From the IMG/VR virus record IMGVR_UViG_2700989545_000014: a DNA stretch of 11,068 bases, one strand, 5' to 3'. Of the stretch, positions 5,195-11,068 are shown piece by piece. The stretch comes from a virus. Its lineage: Duplodnaviria > Heunggongvirae > Uroviricota > Caudoviricetes. The notes under the pieces were generated by a model. It worked only from the letters and a program-made list of their open reading frames with translations. It made no database searches and was not told where the DNA came from. Within the stretch, counting starts at the first letter, position 1, and each line of letters starts with the position of its first letter. The translations under genes and the position numbers were made by a program.

Positions 5195-7988
5195 TATCCG
5201 GGTCGCTTTCAGCGCCGTTGACAGGCTGACCCGGCCTGCCGAAAACGCCCGCCGCCTGATGGGGCAGTTTGGTGACTCCATCCAGCGAACGCAGGGGGCG
5301 ATCAAAAATCTCGAGCGTCAGGCGCGTTCATTTGAGCGCGCCCGTGACGCTGTCAGTAAAGCGGATGCTGGCATCGTGAAAGCACGACGCCAGCTTAACG
5401 CCCTTAATCAGTTACAACGCACGGGTACAGTGCTCAGCGAAAAACAACAAAAGCTGATGCAGCAGTTAAGCACCCGGCTTGAACGCCTGAATGAATCGCG
5501 CACACGGGAAATTCAGAAAATGCGGGAGCTTGGCGGAGAGCTGAAACGCCACGGCATTTCCCTGACAGGCAGCGATAACACCATCCAGCAGGCCATCAGA
5601 CGCACCGAACAGTACAACAACCAGCTTGAACGCGAACGGCAGGCGCTTGCGCGTGTAACGCGGGCGCGTGAGCGGTATTCGCGCGCGCAGGAAACCGCGG
5701 GAAAACTGAAAACAGGTGGTGCGCTGGCAATTGGTGCTGCAGCGGCTGGCGGCTATGCCGCCGGGCGTTTTTTGCAGCCTGCGATCGGGTTCGGCAAAGA
5801 GATGTCCCGCGTTCAGGCACTGACGCGAATCGACAAAAACAGCCCGCAGTTTAAGGCGCTGCGTGAGCAGGCGTTAAAACTTGGTTCTGAAACACAGTTT
5901 ACTGCGAGTGATGCCGCCAGTGGGCAGAGCTTTCTGGCAATGGCTGGTTTTACTCCGCAGGCCATTCAGGCCGCATTGCCCGGTGTTCTTAATATGGCGC
6001 TGGCAGGTGGCGTCGAACTCGGCGAGACGGCTGATATAGGCTCCAATATCCTCACACAGTTCAACCTGACAGCCGATCAAATGGACCGGGTTGGCGATAC
6101 GCTGACAGCAGCATTCACCCGGACCAATACTGATTTACGCGCGCTGGGCGAAACCATGAAGTATACCGGTCCGGTTGCCGCAAAACTTGGTATCAGTCTT
6201 GAAGAAGCGGCGGCCATGGCCGGGATGCTTGCCAATAATGGTCTTCGCGGAAGCGATGCTGGTACGGCCATGCGCGCAAGTCTGTCCCGCCTTGCATCAC
6301 CGCCAAAAGCTGCGGCTGATGCACTGAAAGAGCTGGGGGTGTCAGTTGCTGACGCCAGAGGCAAAATGCGCCCGATGGAGGATGTGCTGCTTGATCTCTA
6401 TAAGGCGACACAAAAATACGGACAGGTGGACCAGGTCTCCTTCTTCAAGGACATCGCCGGAGAAGAGGCGTTCGTTGGTTTGCAGACGCTTGTTGCGGCG
6501 GCTGGTTCAGGAGAACTGCAAAAACTGACCAGAGAATTGCAGGGGGCAAGGGGAGAGGCCGATCGCGTTGCAAAAGTAATGGCCGATAATCTTGATGGAG
6601 ACCTGAAAAATCTCGACAGCGCATGGGAAGGTCTTCGTATTCGCATCAGTGATCTGGTTGACGGTCCGCTGCGTTCTGTCACGCAGTGGCTCACGCGGGT
6701 GCTTGAAAAAATCACCTCGCTGGCGCAGGCCCATCCGGTACTGACGCGCCAGCTACTGATAGCAGGCGGTGCGTTGCTGGCAATGACTGCAACGATTGGC
6801 TCGTTGTCGCTGGTTATTGGGGTGCTTTACGGGAAGCTGGCCACCTTGCGTCTTGGTTTCGACATTCTTACCCGGTCAATGAATGTCATCAGGGTGTTGC
6901 CTGCGCTGTGGGGAATGGTGACGGGTTCTGTTTCTTTGCTGGGTGGCGCTATCGGGGCGCTGTTCAGTCCGGTTGGTCTTATCGTGGCTGCGCTTGCCGG
7001 AGCTGCCGTTCTTATCTGGAAATACTGGGATCCCATCAGGGCATTTTTTGCCGGGGTGTTCAGCGGGATTATGGAAAGGCTGACCCCGTTGCGTGAAACC
7101 TTTGAACGGTTTGGCCCTGTTTTTGACGCAATCGGAAGCGGGATCAGCCTGGTGTTTAACTGGTTTAAATCGCTGTTGTCACCGATGGAGTCCAGCAAGG
7201 AAACGCTGGATAAATGCACCAGTGCTGGCGAGGTATTCGGTAACGTTCTTGGCGGTGCGTTACAACTTGTTCTGACACCTGCAAAAATGCTACTGGATAC
7301 GCTGGCGTGGATACTTGAAAAACTTGGTGTCCTTCCGGATGAAGCGGAAAGGGCGCGCAAGAAAATCGAAGACGCACAGCGTGCGGCCATTCTTCAGGAC
7401 AAGGTTGCCTTGCTTCAGGGGGACCTGGCGAAAATCAATCCGCCGAAGCCTGTGGAAAATGGCAATGGCACCGGAGGTGATAAACCCAAAGACAACAAAC
7501 CGCTCACAGACAGCAATACCGGGACGCTACGCAGACTCAGCAAAATTGCTGATAACACAGGTAAGCTGGTTGATGAGACGAAAAAACGCATTGGCCCCGG
7601 CGATATTGTCTTTAAGAACCTGCCCCGCGCACTTGCTGTTCGTGGGGAGTGGCAGGAGCGGAAGATTGCGCAGGTCAGTAAGCCTGCCCCCGCAATTAAT
7701 ATCACACCCGTGGTCTCGGCTCCGCTGCCTCCGGCGCTGGTCCCTGTTGTTGCGGCCAGCTCCCGCCCGGTGGCGGAGGCCATACGATCGCCAGTGGCAT
7801 CAGTTCCTGCAACTTCCCGTAACCGGGAGCCTGCTGTCTCCGGATTTTGCGGTGAAATTCATGTTCATCTGCATAACGTTGTTACGCAGAATCCCCGCGA
7901 ACTGGCGAAACTGGTCGGTGAAATGGTCAGGGCAGAGATGGAACGGCGCGCCCGTGCCGGACGTGGCAGTTTTTACGATAAAGATTGA
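5181..7988 (+). CDS. T: Tail tape measure protein (P2 gpT family), about 935 aa
   Basis: A long ORF directly after the chaperone pair. It has a coiled-coil-like, Q/R/E-rich N-terminal third, internal hydrophobic segments and a Pro/Ala-rich C-terminal region. The start is placed at the ATG at 5181 (GGGA 9 nt upstream); the track frame opens at GTG 5145 inside E'. Confidence 0.85.
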   Translation: MKTLDIRVAFSAVDRLTRPAENARRLMGQFGDSIQRTQGAIKNLERQARSFERARDAVSKADAGIVKARRQLNALNQLQRTGTVLSEKQQKLMQQLSTRLERLNESRTREIQKMRELGGELKRHGISLTGSDNTIQQAIRRTEQYNNQLERERQALARVTRARERYSRAQETAGKLKTGGALAIGAAAAGGYAAGRFLQPAIGFGKEMSRVQALTRIDKNSPQFKALREQALKLGSETQFTASDAASGQSFLAMAGFTPQAIQAALPGVLNMALAGGVELGETADIGSNILTQFNLTADQMDRVGDTLTAAFTRTNTDLRALGETMKYTGPVAAKLGISLEEAAAMAGMLANNGLRGSDAGTAMRASLSRLASPPKAAADALKELGVSVADARGKMRPMEDVLLDLYKATQKYGQVDQVSFFKDIAGEEAFVGLQTLVAAAGSGELQKLTRELQGARGEADRVAKVMADNLDGDLKNLDSAWEGLRIRISDLVDGPLRSVTQWLTRVLEKITSLAQAHPVLTRQLLIAGGALLAMTATIGSLSLVIGVLYGKLATLRLGFDILTRSMNVIRVLPALWGMVTGSVSLLGGAIGALFSPVGLIVAALAGAAVLIWKYWDPIRAFFAGVFSGIMERLTPLRETFERFGPVFDAIGSGISLVFNWFKSLLSPMESSKETLDKCTSAGEVFGNVLGGALQLVLTPAKMLLDTLAWILEKLGVLPDEAERARKKIEDAQRAAILQDKVALLQGDLAKINPPKPVENGNGTGGDKPKDNKPLTDSNTGTLRRLSKIADNTGKLVDETKKRIGPGDIVFKNLPRALAVRGEWQERKIAQVSKPAPAINITPVVSAPLPPALVPVVAASSRPVAEAIRSPVASVPATSRNREPAVSGFCGEIHVHLHNVVTQNPRELAKLVGEMVRAEMERRARAGRGSFYDKD

Positions 7989-7994
7989 GGAGTC

Positions 7995-8489
7995 ATGGTC
8001 ATGATGATGATCTACGGCATGTTTGTTTTTGAGCTGCGCACATTGCCGCATCAGCAGTTACAGCAAAACAAAAGCTGGCGGCATGTGAAAAATGAACGCG
8101 TTAACCGTTCAGCAAGCTGGCAGTATATCGGTGCAGGTGATGATCGCATTGTGCTTTCCGGCGTGCTTTATCCTGAAATTACAGGTGGCGAAGTGTCGCT
8201 TTCATTGCTGACCACGCAGGCATATACAGGACGGCCCTGGCCTCTGATTGATGGTGTCGGGCAGATTTACGGCATGTATGTACTGACTGAAACGAATACG
8301 ACCCGTTCCGAGTTTGATCGCTACGGTAAGGCGAAAAAGATAGAATTTTCACTGACTCTTGAACGCTGTGATGAGGATTTGCGGGAGCGCCTGCAATCCT
8401 CATCGTTCAGCGATATGTTGTCCGGCTTCAAAGATAAGGTGACATCATCCCTTAATAGCGCGGCCAGCTCAGTTAAGGGGCTGCTCTGA
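7995..8489 (+). CDS. U: Tail protein gpU (P2 U family)
   Basis: The N-terminus ...MMMIYGMFVFELRTLPHQQLQ... and the LSG-L-PE-TGG, WPL-DG-G and SEF motifs match P2 gpU (MMMVLGLFVF...). Shine-Dalgarno spacing favours the ATG at 8001 over 7995. Confidence 0.85.
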   Translation: MVMMMIYGMFVFELRTLPHQQLQQNKSWRHVKNERVNRSASWQYIGAGDDRIVLSGVLYPEITGGEVSLSLLTTQAYTGRPWPLIDGVGQIYGMYVLTETNTTRSEFDRYGKAKKIEFSLTLERCDEDLRERLQSSSFSDMLSGFKDKVTSSLNSAASSVKGLL

Positions 8490-8499
8490 TTTAACGTAT

Positions 8500-8532
8500 G
8501 TCGCCAATTTCCTGATGAAGGTGACTGGCGAC
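8500..8532 (+). terminator. Weak hairpin downstream of U (possible end of the tail operon)
   Basis: gtcgcca (8500-8506) pairs with tggcgac (8526-8532) across a large loop and is followed by moderately T-rich sequence. Structure only. Confidence 0.2.
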
Positions 8533-8565
8533 TTGCTGTTGTATGTCCTTCTCAGAAAATTGTTT

Positions 8566-8594
8566 TTGAATAATAAACAACAGGATTTTATAAT
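8566..8594 (+). promoter_or_regulatory. Near-consensus sigma70 promoter for the cargo gene
   Basis: TTGAAT (8566-8571), a 17-bp spacer, then TATAAT (8589-8594). The predicted transcription start near 8601 is followed by AAGGAG at 8634-8639. Confidence 0.5.
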
Positions 8595-8645
8595 CTCTTA
8601 ACCTTATAACATGTGTGGTCTGAAATAATAATTAAGGAGATTATC

Positions 8646-9218
8646 GTGCTGTCTTACCTAATGGCAATTCACTTTGTTTTATTTGGGAACTCTACTAATT
8701 TAAAAAACTTCTGGAAACATGAAGTAATTCGGCGGAAACGTATGGATATCTGGAGGCTTTTAAGAGAGAAAAAGCAGCGTAACAGGAATTTCCTTTTCTG
8801 GTGGCGGTTGGCTAACGAAATGTATATTAATGGTAATAAATTACATAAGAAAGCAGCCAAGAAGTTAAACAGTAAAATAATTAACAAATTTGGTTGCGAA
8901 ATTGGATTGGGCGCAAATATTGGAAAAGGGTTAACAATTCCCCATCATGCTGGAATTGTTGTTCATTTTGCTGTTGATGCTGGTGAAAATCTGGTGTTAC
9001 GACAGAATACGACCATTGGACAGATAGATGGTGACATACCTGGTTCAAGAGTAAAAATTGGTAGCAACGTTGATATCGGAGCTAATTGTTGCATCATTGG
9101 ATTATCCCGTAAAATTGGGGATAATGTAAAAATAGGTGCAATGTCTTTTATAAATAAAGATATACCATCGAACTGCACATATATAACTAAAAAGAGCGGT
9201 GCTGTATTGTATAAATAG
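8646..9218 (+). CDS. Hexapeptide-repeat (left-handed beta-helix) O-acetyltransferase of the CysE/WcaB/NodL type, prophage cargo (moron) gene
   Basis: The C-terminal two-thirds shows imperfect hexapeptide repeats (GCEIGLGANIGKGLTIPHHAGIVV...VKIGSNVDIGANCCIIG...IGDNVKIGAMSFI) resembling serine and polysaccharide O-acetyltransferases. The start is placed at GTG 8646, 6 nt after AAGGAG; the track frame opens at 8613. The gene is far more AT-rich than the flanking phage genes. Confidence 0.7.
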   Translation: MLSYLMAIHFVLFGNSTNLKNFWKHEVIRRKRMDIWRLLREKKQRNRNFLFWWRLANEMYINGNKLHKKAAKKLNSKIINKFGCEIGLGANIGKGLTIPHHAGIVVHFAVDAGENLVLRQNTTIGQIDGDIPGSRVKIGSNVDIGANCCIIGLSRKIGDNVKIGAMSFINKDIPSNCTYITKKSGAVLYK

Positions 9219-9226
9219 AGTACATA

Positions 9227-9263
9227 AAGCCATCGATATTTCTATCGATGGCTTTTTCTTTTT
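9227..9263. terminator. Strong rho-independent terminator after the cargo gene
   Basis: A 12-bp stem aagccatcgata / tatcgatggctt with loop tttc is followed by tttttcttttt on the plus strand. The tfa stop codon lies at the edge of this element. Confidence 0.7.
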
Positions 9264-9840
9264 ATTGTGGGGCGACTGGCCACTCAATATCTGCTGCTAC
9301 TGTTGTATCAACACGATGCAACAATACTCGATATGTCTTCCATGCAGCCAGTAACGATGTCTCTTCCTCCGTCGCAATATCTAAATCTATAGCATCCTGA
9401 AGTGGTGCAATATGCTCACTGGCTACCTGCATCAGGCTGTTTTTTGTTTCTTCCGCCTCCCTTATCCGAAATAGTTTTTCTGCTTCTGCATCTTTCACCC
9501 AGGATGTGCCGTTCCACTTCTGATACTCTCCATACGGCGACAACCAGGTAACATTTTCCGGTAACGGACCGAGTTCAGAAATAAATAACGAGTCCCCTGA
9601 TGCCACGTCATAAACCGTTTTACCCCGATGGTCTTCAACGAGATGCCACGATGCCTCATCACTGTTGAAAACGGCCACGAAGCCAGCCGGAATATCTGGC
9701 GGGGCAATATCGGTACTGTTTGCAGGCAGACCTGTATGAGGTGAAATGTATGCATCACCTTCACCAATAAACTCATTGGTTCCGGTCAGTAGATTATAAA
9801 TTTTTATGGTCCGTGATTGTTCACTCATTCTGAATGTCAT
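9262..9840 (-). CDS. tfa: Tail fibre assembly protein (lambda Tfa / P2 gpG family)
   Basis: The 192-aa product ([18 protein letters not shown]...[20 protein letters not shown]...) closely resembles, from memory, the TfaR/TfaQ-type chaperones of E. coli lambdoid prophages. Its ATG overlaps the stop of the upstream fibre segment (TAATG). Confidence 0.9.
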   Translation of the reverse strand: MTFRMSEQSRTIKIYNLLTGTNEFIGEGDAYISPHTGLPANSTDIAPPDIPAGFVAVFNSDEASWHLVEDHRGKTVYDVASGDSLFISELGPLPENVTWLSPYGEYQKWNGTSWVKDAEAEKLFRIREAEETKNSLMQVASEHIAPLQDAIDLDIATEEETSLLAAWKTYRVLLHRVDTTVAADIEWPVAPQ

Positions 9841-10226
9841 TATGCAAGCCTCACAATATAGTTAAATGCGATGTTTTTTACGGTGTTTTCTGCGTTCCCC
9901 GTAGCATTAACGGTGATGGTGTGTCCGTGGGGACCAATAATGACAGAATGGGCATGAGCACCAATGCCGATAGTGTGGTTATGGGCACCGATATATACAT
10001 TGTGAGCATGCTCTCCTGCGCTCGACGTGGTACCAGTACCTAACGCAGCGTTATAACCGGCTGATACACCATTCCCCGCGCCAGTGTGACCAACAGGTAT
10101 ATTGTGTGAATGAGCTCCTGCGCTATTTGTGGTTTTTGTGCCGTAATCAAATGAACTGGTCGTTTTAGTACCGTAATCAAACGACGGCCCGGCCACTGGC
10201 GGGTTTGCCCTTAATCGTCCAGCCAC
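9840..10226 (-). CDS. stf: Side tail fibre, distal receptor-binding segment with HxH repeats (out of frame with the upstream fibre ORF)
   Basis: The 128-aa frame contains GAHSH...[37 protein letters not shown]...[11 protein letters not shown], an HxH-rich fibre tip, and a tandem FDYGTKTT repeat. It is translationally coupled to tfa. The frame opens only about 4 codons upstream of the GTG at 10226, so it is not an independent gene extending upstream. Confidence 0.6.
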   Translation of the reverse strand: MAGRLRANPPVAGPSFDYGTKTTSSFDYGTKTTNSAGAHSHNIPVGHTGAGNGVSAGYNAALGTGTTSSAGEHAHNVYIGAHNHTIGIGAHAHSVIIGPHGHTITVNATGNAENTVKNIAFNYIVRLA

Positions 10227-11068
10227 GCATATCAGGGATCACGCCTGACGGATAAGCGGCTGCAAGTTTCGGGTAGGCAGATTTGTCAAAAGTCTGCCCC
10301 TGCATCAGGGCATAACCAGACGGAACGGTATCCGATGGCCACGGGATTGGTGCGCCAGGCGGATAAAACTGCTCTGATGGCGTATAGAGTGAATAAACTG
10401 TACCGTCCGTTAACCCTTCCGGCTTATTAGCAGAATATGCTGGTGACGTATGAATCGTCACGCTGGCATTACTGGTATAATCCCATTGAATATTTACACC
10501 AGTCGCATAATTTCCGATTGCAACGTAAATATCGTAAGTATCACCAGATGTATTGACCCAGGCAAAATTTGTAAACCCTGTCGATGTGCGCTGCCATAAA
10601 GCACCAGTAATCCCCTTCGGATTACCATTACCTGCACGCAAAACAAGTTCAGATATACCTGCCTGTTGAGGTGAACCGACGTTAAATCCAGCGCCACCAA
10701 TCAACGTAATTGAAACAACAGAACTCGCCTGTGGCATGGTTACCGTTGCTAATTTGAACCAACCAGCACCACCGCTGAATGACATTGTTGTTGAGTTAAG
10801 CGTACCAATATCTTTCGGCGTCAGTGTTATATCCGCCGAAAGCGCCTTACCATTCACCTTACGGGCAGAAGGTACCCGACCATTCGCATTGTCATTAGCT
10901 GCTTTCACTGCTTTCGGTGTTGCAGCAAGCGTTTCAGATGTGCTGTTGGTTGCACTACTGAGCTGGACAATTCCTTTTTGTGCCGTCGTGGCGTCCTGTG
11001 CGGTATATTTCCCGTTAGCAAGGTCATAGGCTGCCTTTACCGCCTTTGGTGTTGCCGCCAGCGTTTCT
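10177..11068 (-). CDS. stf: Side tail fibre, shaft portion (5'-partial; continues beyond the window edge)
   Basis: The frame is open from the window edge to the TGA at 10177. It carries the repeated fibre motif [14 protein letters not shown] twice (hand translation of 10900..11068) and a Gly/Thr/Ser/Asn-rich shaft, as shared by lambda Stf, P2 H and Mu/P1 S. The track start at 10908 is an internal GTG. Confidence 0.7.
   Translation of the reverse strand, partial: ETLAATPKAVKAAYDLANGKYTAQDATTAQKGIVQLSSATNSTSETLAATPKAVKAANDNANGRVPSARKVNGKALSADITLTPKDIGTLNSTTMSFSGGAGWFKLATVTMPQASSVVSITLIGGAGFNVGSPQQAGISELVLRAGNGNPKGITGALWQRTSTGFTNFAWVNTSGDTYDIYVAIGNYATGVNIQWDYTSNASVTIHTSPAYSANKPEGLTDGTVYSLYTPSEQFYPPGAPIPWPSDTVPSGYALMQGQTFDKSAYPKLAAAYPSGVIPDMRGWTIKGKPASGRAVV

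Noticed and set aside
6827-8004. Nested and antisense ORFs inside the tape measure gene (6827..7390 -, 7415..7783 -, 7315..8004 +, and similar)
   Set aside because: These are alternative frames of a long GC-rich coding sequence. They are Ala/Ser/Arg/Pro-rich with a low-complexity composition typical of out-of-frame translation.
8613-8645. Start at 8613 for the acetyltransferase
   Set aside because: The AAGGAG at 8634-8639 would then lie inside the coding sequence. The GTG at 8646, 6 nt downstream of it, is the better-supported start.
9495-9776. 93-aa minus-strand ORF in an alternative frame within tfa
   Set aside because: It overlaps the confidently assigned tfa in another frame and has no supporting signals.
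9834-10043. 69-aa plus-strand ORF antisense to the fibre tip
   Set aside because: It is a shadow ORF opposite the HxH-repeat coding region, and its codon content mirrors the repeats.
10141-10190. Short tandem DNA repeats (ccgtaatcaaa... twice) considered as a possible CRISPR or VNTR element
   Set aside because: There are only two copies, they lie inside the coding sequence and they encode the duplicated peptide FDYGTKTT. There are no spacer-repeat periodicity and no cas genes.

Overview
This window is a P2-family (Myoviridae-type) prophage tail region from an enterobacterial genome, probably a decaying prophage, next to a type I toxin-antitoxin locus. Minus-strand ogr (late activator) and gene D sit divergently upstream of a plus-strand block FI (sheath), FII (tube), E/E+E' (chaperone with -1 frameshift), T (tape measure) and U. 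After U comes a very AT-rich cargo gene (hexapeptide-repeat O-acetyltransferase with its own near-consensus promoter and terminator), then minus-strand tfa and a side tail fibre gene that is split across two frames and runs off the window edge. The left ~1.4 kb is not phage-like: it holds an intact-looking Hok/Gef-family toxin gene (46 aa, missed by the ORF track), a degenerate direct-repeat copy of the same locus, and an AT-rich small secreted Cys-rich protein gene between them. The hok-homologous DNA overlaps the 3' end of ogr, so the prophage end appears to lie inside ogr. Gene order differs from canonical P2 (H-G-FI-FII-E-T-U-D-ogr on one strand) in a way that one inversion of the FI-U block would explain. 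No rRNA, tRNA, CRISPR array, IS element or integrase was seen. All homology calls are from reading the translations against remembered family sequences; no database search was run.
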